Below, piece after piece: positions 8,741-17,896 of a DNA stretch of 64,000 nucleotides. The notes beneath the pieces were generated by a model that worked only from the letters and a program-made list of their open reading frames with translations, was not told the origin of the DNA and searched no databases. The stretch's first letter is position 1. Each line of letters starts with the position of its first letter. Made by a program: the position numbers and the translations under genes. The stretch is from Escherichia phage vB_EcoM_G2494. Where the stretch lies: sequence record MK327935.1; one strand, written 5' to 3'.

Positions 8741-9022
8741 TTAACCATTAATCTTGTTTTTGACTACAAAGGATCGGAACTCATCAAAACCACCGATATA
8801 ATCACCATCATAGAAAATCTGCGGCATGGTGGCAATAACTTCTACCCCTGCGCGATCCTGAATGTCGGCAATGATAGAATCAATCTTTACCGGACGACCG
8901 TTTTCGTCTACACCATCATTAACCGGAATGTAGATGTAAGGGATCTTACGCGATTCACAAAGGCGCTTTGCATTCTGGCAATACTTACAGTTGTAACCTT
9001 CAAAACCAAAAATTTCTACCAT
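8741..9022 (-). CDS. nrdC: glutaredoxin/thioredoxin-like protein
   Basis: CKYCQNAKRL active-site CxxC and TMPQIFYDGDYIGGFDE resemble T4 NrdC; start refined to ATG at 9022. Confidence 0.75.
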   Translation of the reverse strand: MVEIFGFEGYNCKYCQNAKRLCESRKIPYIYIPVNDGVDENGRPVKIDSIIADIQDRAGVEVIATMPQIFYDGDYIGGFDEFRSFVVKNKING

Positions 9023-9030
9023 GTTATACC

Positions 9031-9843
9031 TCAATCTACGTTAGTTACATAAACTTCTTGCGTATCAGAAGACTTACCACCTGAACGATCTAGGCAATAG
9101 GTCTTATTCAACAGGACGCAGTTTAAATCATTCCGCTTGATAAAGTCAAGGAGATGATCATTTACCTTTCCCTTATGATGTGTGACATTACTGATACCAA
9201 ACTGAAAACCACGCGCCATAATCGATTCTACCCACTGATAGAATTTAATCTCTTCCTCGTCACTCCAGAACTTATTATATTCCGCAGAAGTGATAAGGTA
9301 CGGCGGGTCCAAATAAACGAAATCACCTGGCAAGATCTCGATCTCGTCATAACGACCAGACGTAAAACTGATTCGACCGTCTTTGTTTTCTTCCTTAAAA
9401 TTCAGGACACGCTCTACCGCGTTTTCGTTAAAAGTCCGTCGGCCAAAATTAGCATTAAATTCTCCCTTCCTGTTATGGCGGTTAATGTTGCTAAAACTGT
9501 GCTGAATCAGAACAAACAGAGATAGCGGATCTGGATTCTCATTATACTTCTTACGGAATGTCATGTAAGCGTCTTTATCATCACGAGACAAACCATTTTC
9601 GGCAATAATACGCTTGATCGTAGAAACCGGATCAGGACACTCGTCAATCGCTTTGTACGCGTCAATTAAGCGGTGATCATAGTCATTAGCCAGCACATCC
9701 CCTTCGACGTACAGAGACACGCTCAAGCCGCCACAGAAGGCATCAACAAAGCGGTTATAGTGCTTAGGGAAATACTTACTAACACCCGGCAATAACTTTT
9801 CCTTATTGCCAGTATAGGGAATTAAACCTAATGCTTTCTTCAT
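9031..9843 (-). CDS. dam: DNA N6-adenine methyltransferase (Dam-like)
   Basis: 270 aa; motif I DAFCGGLSV and motif IV DPPY; N-terminus resembles T4 Dam. Confidence 0.85.
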   Translation of the reverse strand: MKKALGLIPYTGNKEKLLPGVSKYFPKHYNRFVDAFCGGLSVSLYVEGDVLANDYDHRLIDAYKAIDECPDPVSTIKRIIAENGLSRDDKDAYMTFRKKYNENPDPLSLFVLIQHSFSNINRHNRKGEFNANFGRRTFNENAVERVLNFKEENKDGRISFTSGRYDEIEILPGDFVYLDPPYLITSAEYNKFWSDEEEIKFYQWVESIMARGFQFGISNVTHHKGKVNDHLLDFIKRNDLNCVLLNKTYCLDRSGGKSSDTQEVYVTNVD

Positions 9844-10274
9844 TATCCCTTCCTCAAATAAGTTCGCTCAATCTCTACCAGTTCGAAAAATTCATCCCAA
9901 TCACACGGAAAGTTGCAGTTTCCAAAATGGTCCTCTTTGTAAAGTTCTTTACCGGATGGCAGCTTAATATCTGTTACGCTGTAGTATCCGCAACAATCGC
10001 AATCACCCTCTGTATATTCTGTTTTAGTAGGAATATCCATCATTGCCAGATACAAAGGTACATCGTCTTGCTCAAAGTTCATGTAACCTTCATGGTCGAA
10101 TGAAACAAAGTTATCATCGCCACCGAAAGGGATATAATGGTCATAATCGGTTACAGGTTGACCGTGTAATTCCCATTCTACAATTTTAACATTACCGCTA
10201 AACTTGATACCCATAATTTCAACAAGAAAATGAGTATCGTCAATGTAAATCTTACTAGGGGTTGGATAAACCAT
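9843..10274 (-). CDS. hypothetical protein
   Basis: ORF track 143 aa. Confidence 0.5.
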   Translation of the reverse strand: MVYPTPSKIYIDDTHFLVEIMGIKFSGNVKIVEWELHGQPVTDYDHYIPFGGDDNFVSFDHEGYMNFEQDDVPLYLAMMDIPTKTEYTEGDCDCCGYYSVTDIKLPSGKELYKEDHFGNCNFPCDWDEFFELVEIERTYLRKG

Positions 10275-10284
10275 TATATAATCC

Positions 10285-10581
10285 TCATATCTCAGAGAAT
10301 AGAATCTCTGTTAGCTTCACTGACTGCTCTCTGAATGTTAGCGTATACTCGAAAGGAAAGTCAACGCCTAATTTCAGAAGAGAATAGCCTACCGCCTCTT
10401 TATGCTTATCGGTTAGGGCGATCCTAACCAATTCCCGTTGAATCTCTTTAGGCGGTGAATGGATAGTAACACGGGTATCATGCAATGTCCAGTCACCATT
10501 TCGAATTAAGATTAACGGTTTATCATCATTGAAGATCACCGACCCCTTTCCGGTCGGTGAGTGTTTTATACTAATCATCAA
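10285..10581 (-). CDS. hypothetical protein
   Basis: ORF track 98 aa. Confidence 0.45.
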   Translation of the reverse strand: MMISIKHSPTGKGSVIFNDDKPLILIRNGDWTLHDTRVTIHSPPKEIQRELVRIALTDKHKEAVGYSLLKLGVDFPFEYTLTFREQSVKLTEILFSEI

Positions 10582-10792
10582 ATTCTAAGAAATATTCTGG
10601 AACGATATAACCGTTAAAGTCATTACACTTATAAAAATGTGGTGCATTTAATGCTGGATGAGCATTAGTAAAGAGTTTACCCTCTAGAAACAGAATGTAA
10701 TTAATAGGTCTAATACCTACAGAATCAGGGTCTAAACCTTTTTCTTTCAGTTCAGCCAGCGTTAAAACTCGTCCAGATCGTAACTTAGCCAT
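10571..10792 (-). CDS. hypothetical protein
   Basis: ORF track 73 aa. Confidence 0.4.
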   Translation of the reverse strand: MAKLRSGRVLTLAELKEKGLDPDSVGIRPINYILFLEGKLFTNAHPALNAPHFYKCNDFNGYIVPEYFLEFDD

Positions 10793-11078
10793 GATTTACC
10801 CCTAATTCATCAAGATTATGTCGCAGCATTTCAGAGTATTTTTCTACTTCCTTGATCTTAGTGTGGATCTCCACGATCTCATCTTCACTATCAGATAGTT
10901 TAATGGCAATCGCGAGCGTGCTTTTACCAGCTTTCATAGTCTCTTTCCGTTCAACCAATAGATCCGCGTGTTTCAATAGCAATTCTTCACGTCGAACATA
11001 AGCGACGGTCAAAGCCTCATCAGCGATTTCTAAAGCATTTTCAGCGACACCAACAACCATTTTACGAGTAGACAGCAT
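10785..11078 (-). CDS. hypothetical protein (coiled-coil-like)
   Basis: ORF track 97 aa. Confidence 0.45.
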   Translation of the reverse strand: MLSTRKMVVGVAENALEIADEALTVAYVRREELLLKHADLLVERKETMKAGKSTLAIAIKLSDSEDEIVEIHTKIKEVEKYSEMLRHNLDELGVNHG

Positions 11079-11092
11079 AAATTCACCTCACA

Positions 11093-11401
11093 TTATTTCA
11101 CGTTAACGCCGTTATCAATCCAGCCGACGCTATTTGGTTTAACAGTTTTACCATAGGATGCATACTTAATCAAGCATGGTTTAACATCATTATCAAATCT
11201 TCCTAAACGTACTCCCAAATCAGGAATATCCATGTATGCGGCTTTATATCCCCATGTACCGTATTCAGAATCAATCTCAACCGGACGGCCTTTAAAAGCA
11301 TACACTACACCGTGACGGTCAACGATAACATAGCGATAGCCAGCCGGAAGATACACAGTTTCGCCGTAAACTTTAACTGGAGTAGCAGAAGAGATAAACA
11401 T
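11093..11401 (-). CDS. hypothetical protein
   Basis: ORF track 11093-11437; start refined to ATG at 11401 with GAGGATTATATT context, downstream of promoter 11436-11464. Confidence 0.5.
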   Translation of the reverse strand: MFISSATPVKVYGETVYLPAGYRYVIVDRHGVVYAFKGRPVEIDSEYGTWGYKAAYMDIPDLGVRLGRFDNDVKPCLIKYASYGKTVKPNSVGWIDNGVNVK

Positions 11402-11435
11402 AATATAATCCTCACATCGTTCATTTGATGCGGTC

Positions 11436-11464
11436 ATTATATGATAACCGCATTTTCATGTCAA
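11436..11464 (-). promoter_or_regulatory. sigma70-like early promoter (TTGACA-17-TATAAT)
   Basis: Minus strand TTGACAtgaaaatgcggttatcaTATAAT with hairpin gcggt...accgc. Confidence 0.6.
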
Positions 11465-11470
11465 CAGTTT

Positions 11471-11779
11471 TTAAAAATCTTCTTCCGGTTTATATCGACC
11501 GTCATCGACTGGTTTTGGACTGAATCCTTTATGCGTGCGCGGCTTCGCTTCCGGTTTACCAGCAATCATCAAACCAAAACATTTCAGCCCCTTATAACAC
11601 ATAACAATATCAACCACGGTCCACGTTATAGGCCATACGATTGCAGCAATACAAAATGCTCCTATATCGACCTCTTTGGTGTCCTTGTCGAATCTGGCGT
11701 ACAAGCAGAATACTAGATACGAGATCATTGCACCAGTAGTCCAGATATAAAGCACATTAACAATATCTTGTGTTGTCAC
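11471..11779 (-). CDS. small membrane protein (probable GTG start after AAGGAGG SD)
   Basis: ORF track 11471-11893; hydrophobic segments; strong SD precedes an in-frame GTG near 11779. Confidence 0.4.
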   Translation of the reverse strand: MTTQDIVNVLYIWTTGAMISYLVFCLYARFDKDTKEVDIGAFCIAAIVWPITWTVVDIVMCYKGLKCFGLMIAGKPEAKPRTHKGFSPKPVDDGRYKPEEDF

Positions 11780-11789
11780 ATTATCCTCC

Positions 11790-12068
11790 TTACATGTCTT
11801 GTAGTGCATAAAAGCATTTTTCTTCATAGTCATAGAAAATGTCAAAGTATGCTTTTTCCACATACTCGCCATTAATCCAAGCGGTAGTAACAATCAGAGT
11901 GGTCCAGTTAGATCCGCTCTCAACGGTAAAGGTTTTAATACCCAGCTTCGCTGCCAAGTCGAACGCAAACCGGACGCAACCACGGCAGGAAGTGATATTG
12001 GAAGTTTTGATTTTAAAGCCACCGCGAGTTTTAGAAATTTCTACTTTAGCGAAAGACAGGTTGCTCAT
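11790..12068 (-). CDS. hypothetical protein
   Basis: ORF track 11790-12125; start refined to ATG at 12068 with AAGGAG SD. Confidence 0.45.
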   Translation of the reverse strand: MSNLSFAKVEISKTRGGFKIKTSNITSCRGCVRFAFDLAAKLGIKTFTVESGSNWTTLIVTTAWINGEYVEKAYFDIFYDYEEKCFYALQDM

Positions 12069-12110
12069 TTTGATTCTCCTTAAGAAAGTGTGTTTCGTTT
12101 TGATGTGTGT

Positions 12111-12139
12111 AGTATAAGGGATCACCGATCCCCTGTCAA
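12111..12139 (-). promoter_or_regulatory. sigma70-like early promoter (TTGACA-17-TATACT)
   Basis: Minus strand TTGACAggggatcggtgatccctTATACT. Confidence 0.5.
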
Positions 12140-12148
12140 CAACTTTTT

Positions 12149-12478
12149 TTATGATTTTAGTGAATTAACCACTACATCAAAATGATGTACAGAGCACACC
12201 TTACGAAACACATATTCATCATGTTTCGGAATCGCCCCCAACCGCTTTATTTCGCTCGCCGACACGATAAACCGTTTATCAGGTGCATTTACCTTATATG
12301 CTTCAACAACGCACGGAAAACGCGTTTTAGAGAGTTCGGGATAGTTTTCTGACTCCATCAGGACAATGAATACCCTATTACATTGATTGTAGAATCCGGT
12401 TTTTGATTTCATCAAGTTTTCTTCTCTGTGAAATTCGTGCAATCTTCCTTTCATGATTTCGTTGGTTCTTGTCTTCAC
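12149..12478 (-). CDS. hypothetical protein (start uncertain)
   Basis: ORF track 109 aa; overlaps upstream ORF. Confidence 0.35.
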   Translation of the reverse strand: MKTRTNEIMKGRLHEFHREENLMKSKTGFYNQCNRVFIVLMESENYPELSKTRFPCVVEAYKVNAPDKRFIVSASEIKRLGAIPKHDEYVFRKVCSVHHFDVVVNSLKS

Positions 12479-12719
12479 AGTTTACCCACTCAACAAGGTC
12501 TTTACCTAACTCGAAAGCCCATTCTCGGTCCTGCTTTACGTTTTGTAGGTATGGACTTTCTGACACTCGACGCAGTGATCTTGTCGTAACAAGAATGATC
12601 CCAGGAATGTTCGGATGTTCCTTTCCATATACAATAGGACGCGAGTCACTATCAATACCTTGTAAGAAGGTGTATCCTGAATCACTTAGAATCATATACT
12701 TTTTCATTTCGTTCATCAC
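12378..12719 (-). CDS. hypothetical protein
   Basis: ORF track 113 aa. Confidence 0.4.
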   Translation of the reverse strand: MMNEMKKYMILSDSGYTFLQGIDSDSRPIVYGKEHPNIPGIILVTTRSLRRVSESPYLQNVKQDREWAFELGKDLVEWVNCEDKNQRNHERKIARISQRRKLDEIKNRILQSM

Positions 12720-12973
12720 AGTTTCCTCAACCAGTTATTCAAGCGAGTAAACCATGACGATTTTCGTGCTTTTTCTGTTTTACGGGCAAATCTATCCAAG
12801 AAACACCATTCATAATCATCATTGTAAATTCCCTCAAAGGAAGCTCCAGCTTTGCGTAATTCTTTGGTTGTTACCAAGAAACTATCATAGAATGGAGTTC
12901 CTCGAACAATGATCGGAAGTTTAACACCTTTCAAGAAAGAATAATCGGCATCATTAATAATTTCAATTTTCAT
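12716..12973 (-). CDS. hypothetical protein
   Basis: ORF track 85 aa. Confidence 0.45.
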   Translation of the reverse strand: MKIEIINDADYSFLKGVKLPIIVRGTPFYDSFLVTTKELRKAGASFEGIYNDDYEWCFLDRFARKTEKARKSSWFTRLNNWLRKL

Positions 12974-13218
12974 TTTACATTATCTCCATAGATCTTTCCA
13001 TCAATATCAATTTCACCAGCGCGAACATCTAGGATAAGATGCGGTAGGTGTATGCAGTTTTCCCACCCTACGCGCTTCATTTCTGAAACAGTGACGTAAG
13101 CCCACCCGTTCGCTGTAATAAAGTCTACTTCAACCTTGAGAGGAAAGCAAGACTTTTCTATGTCTTCGAATCCGATAATGTGTTTTGTCGTTGAATATGG
13201 AATATATCCGATGATCAT
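12970..13218 (-). CDS. hypothetical protein
   Basis: ORF track 82 aa. Confidence 0.45.
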   Translation of the reverse strand: MIIGYIPYSTTKHIIGFEDIEKSCFPLKVEVDFITANGWAYVTVSEMKRVGWENCIHLPHLILDVRAGEIDIDGKIYGDNVK

Positions 13219-13649
13219 TTTGTGATCTCCTTATACTCAACACACCATAAGCGGGTAGCCCATGATAAACGCTCATAACGCTGACAGAAATCGGACCATA
13301 GATATTGTGTACCGTTCGGCATAGTTGAAATATGCGTTTTCTCTCCAACTTTCACGAAAGAAGTATTCGATTTTGTGATCTCGACCGGAGTATATCCGAA
13401 AGCGGGTTCCAAGCCAACATCTGAACTAAATGCTAATTTAACAGAATTTGTTTTTCTGACCGCTGTCCGGTTTCCTTCTGGGTATAGCACAGCAGGTTTA
13501 GCGCCTAAGCGGATAAACTCAGTGTTTTTAATAAACAGAATATCATGATAACCGTCATATTCCGACACTTCCATAGTAACAGGAAAATCGACATGTTTTA
13601 AACCTGGTGGATCTCGCATATCATGAAATGTAGCCATCAACTTTTTCAT
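13215..13649 (-). CDS. hypothetical protein (C-terminal domain paralogous to 13660-13905)
   Basis: ORF track 144 aa; shared ITKSNxSFVxVGExTHIxTM...QYxWSxFC...LSWA motif. Confidence 0.5.
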   Translation of the reverse strand: MKKLMATFHDMRDPPGLKHVDFPVTMEVSEYDGYHDILFIKNTEFIRLGAKPAVLYPEGNRTAVRKTNSVKLAFSSDVGLEPAFGYTPVEITKSNTSFVKVGEKTHISTMPNGTQYLWSDFCQRYERLSWATRLWCVEYKEITK

Positions 13650-13659
13650 TCTATATTCC

Positions 13660-13905
13660 TCACTCTTCTGTAATTACTTCATATTCAATTTTCCATACAT
13701 CAATCGCCCAGCTTAAAAGCTCATACGATTTACAGAAAGATGACCAAATATACTGTTTTCCGTGCATCGTTGTTATGTGTGTATGCTCACCAACTTCAAC
13801 GAAAGACATATTTGACTTTGTGATAACTATAGGAATGCGACCGAAAGGTGGCGGTATTACTGATTCGTTGGTCTTCATTCTATATTCCTCACTCTTCTGT
13901 TTCAT
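13660..13905 (-). CDS. hypothetical protein (paralog of 13215-13649 C-terminal domain)
   Basis: ORF track 81 aa. Confidence 0.45.
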   Translation of the reverse strand: MKQKSEEYRMKTNESVIPPPFGRIPIVITKSNMSFVEVGEHTHITTMHGKQYIWSSFCKSYELLSWAIDVWKIEYEVITEE

Positions 13906-14125
13906 TTCTTTTATATGGTACTATAACAGGATTAATACAGCAAGCACCAATTACGTTATGAGCACCACAATTTAAGCATTTATAATCATGGAACTTATTA
14001 AGGAATCGCCCGAACTCATAACCGACTAACGCCGCGTGTACTTGAGTCTCGATCTCATCCATGTCAGCCAATGTTTTAACCTTCATAATATAATCCTCAA
14101 ATACTGGTTTTGCGAAGATGGTCAT
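13889..14125 (-). CDS. hypothetical Cys-containing small protein
   Basis: ORF track 78 aa; CLNCG...CC motif. Confidence 0.4.
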   Translation of the reverse strand: MTIFAKPVFEDYIMKVKTLADMDEIETQVHAALVGYEFGRFLNKFHDYKCLNCGAHNVIGACCINPVIVPYKRNETEE

Positions 14126-14387
14126 TACATGCTTTTAATGCATCAGTCGAGGTGTCATAGCGAGTATTATCATAGCACCAATAACCATCTGTCAACTGAT
14201 AAATTAATCCATCCTTTTTAGCGTCGATGAAAGACAATTCTTTGAAAGTTTCTACTTTCTTTGCTGATACTCCACGGTCACGGCGTTTATAGAGTTTAGC
14301 TAAAACGCGTTCAGCTTGTTCCTCTTTATCGCCAGACAGATCCCAGATGACGTTTCTGATATGCTTGATTAATTGTTCAGTGGTCAT
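14097..14387 (-). CDS. hypothetical protein
   Basis: ORF track 96 aa; promoter 14418-14445 upstream. Confidence 0.5.
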   Translation of the reverse strand: MTTEQLIKHIRNVIWDLSGDKEEQAERVLAKLYKRRDRGVSAKKVETFKELSFIDAKKDGLIYQLTDGYWCYDNTRYDTSTDALKACNDHLRKTSI

Positions 14388-14417
14388 ATTTGATTCTCCT
14401 TAGTTGGTATGGTTATC

Positions 14418-14445
14418 ATTATACGGGGATTTCTCACCGTGTCAA
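14418..14445 (-). promoter_or_regulatory. sigma70-like early promoter (TTGACA-16-TATAAT)
   Basis: Minus strand TTGACAcggtgagaaatccccgTATAAT. Confidence 0.55.
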
Positions 14446-14448
14446 CAA

Positions 14449-14670
14449 TTAAATGATCTCTGCTTCACCGTTAAGGAAGAAGGACCATGTTTTGTTAGGA
14501 TAACGAAGCGCCCATGATTCAGCAGTTTTAACACCAGCTTCGAACAATTGACGGCTGGTTACTTTAGCCATACCATCTTCGATGGCAACGTTTTCAATAA
14601 TCATCGGGTACTTAGCGCCACGCATGAAACCGAAGCCAGCGGAAGATTTGATGATTTTAACAGTTGCCAT
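14449..14670 (-). CDS. hypothetical protein
   Basis: ORF track 14449-14724; start refined to MATVK at 14670 with AGGAGA SD. Confidence 0.45.
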   Translation of the reverse strand: MATVKIIKSSAGFGFMRGAKYPMIIENVAIEDGMAKVTSRQLFEAGVKTAESWALRYPNKTWSFFLNGEAEII

Positions 14671-14709
14671 TTTTGATTCTCCTAGAAAGTGTCGTGTTTC
14701 GATGGGTGT

Positions 14710-14738
14710 ATTATGCAATAACACCGGATAGCTGTCAA
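14710..14738 (-). promoter_or_regulatory. sigma70-like early promoter (TTGACA-17-CATAAT)
   Basis: Minus strand TTGACAgctatccggtgttattgCATAAT followed by conserved acacccatcgaaac leader. Confidence 0.55.
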
Positions 14739-14756
14739 CACTTTCTAAGAAAAATT

Positions 14757-15041
14757 TTAAATTAATCGAATATAACCAAGAATTTCAGCGCCTTTAGCCA
14801 GTCCTAAAACTTCCCATTCAAGGTCGCCGTAGTCATAATTTGCAACCATCAACTGACCATTTTTCATGCAGCAATCATGAGAGAAAATTTGCCCCGCATA
14901 AACTACGATAGTAATAAACTTTCCTGATTCTGGCGGTGTGGAAGACAAAGCGACCATATGACCATTCAGCTTAGTAACCAGTGATGGAACAATAAAATTC
15001 GGGCTTACCTTAATACCGTTAAATTCGTTTGTGTCTTTCAT
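14757..15041 (-). CDS. hypothetical protein
   Basis: ORF track 94 aa. Confidence 0.45.
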   Translation of the reverse strand: MKDTNEFNGIKVSPNFIVPSLVTKLNGHMVALSSTPPESGKFITIVVYAGQIFSHDCCMKNGQLMVANYDYGDLEWEVLGLAKGAEILGYIRLI

Positions 15042-15388
15042 GCCAGACCTCGCAAAACACTAATAGCATAATCATGCTGGTTATTCATAATATCAATTGC
15101 ATTGTGATAACGAGCTAAACCATCAAGGATAAATTCTTGTTTATCCTGTTTCAGTTTGGTATCACGCGCAGCCATAAGAGCATCAAGAACAGGTCCAAAG
15201 TGATTATCTAATTCATCTTCGGTTGCAATGTTTCCTATTGCCTCGTCGATCCGTGATTCTAATGCTTGCTTTTCGTTGATCACTTGCTGGGTATATTCCA
15301 ACACATCAAGAATATCGCGGGTAACGTCGCCATGATAAGGTATTCCCGCATGAAGATGATCAATTAATCGCTGAATATCAATGTTCAT
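15038..15388 (-). CDS. hypothetical protein
   Basis: ORF track 116 aa. Confidence 0.5.
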   Translation of the reverse strand: MNIDIQRLIDHLHAGIPYHGDVTRDILDVLEYTQQVINEKQALESRIDEAIGNIATEDELDNHFGPVLDALMAARDTKLKQDKQEFILDGLARYHNAIDIMNNQHDYAISVLRGLA

Positions 15389-15723
15389 TTGTAACCCTCC
15401 TCTGAAAGCACATCCCAGATCGTTGAGTCAAGGTGCATTAAATTCCACATAATAGAGTCATAACTACCGAAGCCAGAAGTAAAAATTACATCACACTGGC
15501 GATATGTCTTATGAAAATCGGTGGCTGTCTCTGCATCAATCGGCATATCGTCACCTGAAAGCACCAGACATTTAAGAATCATAACTCTGTTAGCCGTTGG
15601 CGCTTGCTTAGTCTTTTCAGCATATTTTTCGATGATCCGTTTTGCCTTTTCTTCTTTGATACGTCCAGACCAAATCCGGTTTCGGTATTGATTCATAATA
15701 ATTTCAATCACATCATTTTGCAT
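15385..15723 (-). CDS. hypothetical protein
   Basis: ORF track 112 aa. Confidence 0.5.
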   Translation of the reverse strand: MQNDVIEIIMNQYRNRIWSGRIKEEKAKRIIEKYAEKTKQAPTANRVMILKCLVLSGDDMPIDAETATDFHKTYRQCDVIFTSGFGSYDSIMWNLMHLDSTIWDVLSEEGYK

Positions 15724-15922
15724 TCTTCACGGTCTCCATAATTGTTTTGTAAGCCAGCTTAAGATGATCACCGAAAAACTTTGCAGTGTTACCCTTCGGA
15801 TCACGGAGCATGGTTTCTACGATCTCATCGGCAGTAACAATTTCTCCTTTCTTTGCTGCATGTTCTACCATATACTTCAAAGTTTCTTCGGAAGCAAGTG
15901 CTGCGGCTACTGGATTAATCAT
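15713..15922 (-). CDS. hypothetical protein
   Basis: ORF track 69 aa; GGAGAA SD; promoter 15952-15980 upstream. Confidence 0.45.
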   Translation of the reverse strand: MINPVAAALASEETLKYMVEHAAKKGEIVTADEIVETMLRDPKGNTAKFFGDHLKLAYKTIMETVKNAK

Positions 15923-15951
15923 TTTGGTTCTCCTTTGTTGTCGATGTGTGC

Positions 15952-15980
15952 ATTATGCTATACCATATTCCGGTTGTCAA
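15952..15980 (-). promoter_or_regulatory. sigma70-like early promoter (TTGACA-17-CATAAT)
   Basis: Minus strand TTGACAaccggaatatggtatagCATAAT. Confidence 0.55.
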
Positions 15981-15985
15981 CACCT

Positions 15986-16020
15986 AAAAACGAAAAAGCC
16001 ACCCTTTCGGATGGCTTTTT
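15986..16020. terminator. bidirectional rho-independent terminator (conserved hairpin family)
   Basis: gccaccc-tttc-ggatggc flanked by A-run upstream and T-run downstream; same motif as 3592-3628 and 21826-21857. Confidence 0.55.
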
Positions 16021-16250
16021 GATTATATTTTATTCACGTCCATTTGTATAGTAGTGTTTGAATCGACCTTTGCTAAACTCGTTAAACATAGTAACCAATT
16101 CACCATCCCTTTCCAATGATAAACCTTCCTCGTCTTAGACGGGTCTTCCGATTAGGTAGTAATTGAACACGCGAAAGTATGAGGAAGCCAAATAGTTGTG
16201 TTAATGCTAGTATTCTTTTACTTCTGGTATGTATCCCACAGTGACTAACA

Positions 16251-16649
16251 TTAAGCCAGTCGAGTGAGTTTATAAATTGTTTTAAAGCATAGAGCTTTGA
16301 TATCGTCTAAAACGCTCTGTAACGAGCTATCAACATCATTATAAATCTCACTAGCCATTTGCGTTAACTCTTGCAAATAGGCAATTTCGCTAATCTCCTT
16401 GCGGACGACCAACTTTGGCTGATAACGACCAGTGATCCCAATATTGGTTTCAGTGAAATTATCAACCAATTCTTGCATTTCAAGATAGAACTCTTCTAGA
16501 GCCTTATGTTTTGCATAAGATCCAGGACCAGTTACCCCAAAATGCGCAGAATGCATATAAGTAACACTCATCAGACATTCACCGATAAAGCGGTCAACTT
16601 TATTAGCCTTTCCCTCTTCGGACGTCTTTAGAAAATCACTGAATTTCAT
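16251..16649 (-). CDS. hypothetical protein
   Basis: ORF track 132 aa. Confidence 0.5.
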   Translation of the reverse strand: MKFSDFLKTSEEGKANKVDRFIGECLMSVTYMHSAHFGVTGPGSYAKHKALEEFYLEMQELVDNFTETNIGITGRYQPKLVVRKEISEIAYLQELTQMASEIYNDVDSSLQSVLDDIKALCFKTIYKLTRLA

Positions 16650-16938
16650 GTTCTCGATTCTCCATATTATTCAACAGAACAAATTGTTGTGCGGCATATC
16701 CCCCCATAATAAAACACTGCCTAGAATCCATACATTTACTACGAGCATACATCTTCATAATATGGGCATGAAATTTCTGGCTGGTTTCAATGGAAGGAGA
16801 TATTTTGTTTACATATACTATCATTGCGCCGTCGAAATAATCAGTAAAGTCACCAGTTGGATCATATTGATCAGCACTGACACTTCCGACCGCAGTCAAG
16901 CATATTGCCGCTGTTAGAGTTTTACGAATAAATGACAT
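16636..16938 (-). CDS. secreted small protein (N-terminal signal peptide)
   Basis: ORF track 100 aa; MSFIRKTLTAAICLTAVGSVSA signal-like N-terminus. Confidence 0.5.
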   Translation of the reverse strand: MSFIRKTLTAAICLTAVGSVSADQYDPTGDFTDYFDGAMIVYVNKISPSIETSQKFHAHIMKMYARSKCMDSRQCFIMGGYAAQQFVLLNNMENREHEIQ

Positions 16939-16971
16939 AAGTCATTCCCCCAGATTGAAAATATTCAATTA

Positions 16972-16979
16972 TATTTATA
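16972..16979 (-). promoter_or_regulatory. T4 late-promoter-like box TATAAATA
   Basis: Minus strand TATAAATA about 35 nt upstream of ATG at 16938, inside hairpin ccccagatt...aatctgggg. Confidence 0.4.
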
Positions 16980-17006
16980 ATCTGGGGCTTTATTTATGAT
17001 TAACTC

Positions 17007-17603
17007 TTATTTGGTAGTACCGTCAATAAAATGTTTACGGCACACAGAAACATATTTATCCTCTGCACCGACTTCTATTTGAGCACCATCGCGAATAACA
17101 TTACCCTCTTTATCTACACGAAGGACCATTGTTGCTTTCTTACCACAATGACAAATACCCTTCATTTCGACCAGTTTATCAGCAAATGCCATTAATGCCG
17201 CAGATCCCTCAAATAGATTGCCCTGAAAGTCGGTGCGAAGCCCATAACACAAAACAGGGATATTGGCATCATCAACCAGTGCACACAAGCCTAAAACATG
17301 CTCTTTAGTCATAAATTGGGCTTCATCTACAAACACAGCATCAGGACGCCAGCGATCTGGTCTACGCTTACCTAGTGATTCACGATAAACCAAATCGAAA
17401 AGATCATCTGATTTAGTGAATGTGATCGCTGGAGCACTTAGACCAATTCGGGAAACAACTTCACTCTCTGAATCTCGATTATCAATCGCTGGCTTAAGAA
17501 TTAATACTCGCATATCACGTTCGGTATAGTTATAAGCACTTTGTAACAGGGAAGTTGATTTGCCAGCGTTCATAGATGCATAGTAGAAATATAATTGCGC
17601 CAT
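17007..17603 (-). CDS. tk: thymidine kinase
   Basis: 198 aa; P-loop MNAGKSTSLL and C-terminal Cys cluster, resembles T4 Tk. Confidence 0.9.
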   Translation of the reverse strand: MAQLYFYYASMNAGKSTSLLQSAYNYTERDMRVLILKPAIDNRDSESEVVSRIGLSAPAITFTKSDDLFDLVYRESLGKRRPDRWRPDAVFVDEAQFMTKEHVLGLCALVDDANIPVLCYGLRTDFQGNLFEGSAALMAFADKLVEMKGICHCGKKATMVLRVDKEGNVIRDGAQIEVGAEDKYVSVCRKHFIDGTTK

Positions 17604-17896
17604 TAATTAATCTCCAAAAATCCAACAAGACCTAAACCGATATAAGTCCAGTTACAAAGGAAAAAGAAGCAAACACCCATAGCAAAGATAAATCCGCGTA
17701 GTGTCTTTGGATAACCTACCCAATATTCCCGACCATCTTCTAACCGGATCAGTTTATTTCCTTGCGAGTCCATATCAACTACAACATGTTTATTTCGAGA
17801 TTGCAATAGATATTGTTTTACAATCTCAATACCCGCCATAATAACAATAACGAAAATAAAAGTCCACACAACAAGATTAATGATAGTCTCAAGCAT
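17603..17896 (-). CDS. membrane protein
   Basis: ORF track 97 aa; hydrophobic N- and C-terminal segments. Confidence 0.45.
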   Translation of the reverse strand: MLETIINLVVWTFIFVIVIMAGIEIVKQYLLQSRNKHVVVDMDSQGNKLIRLEDGREYWVGYPKTLRGFIFAMGVCFFFLCNWTYIGLGLVGFLEIN

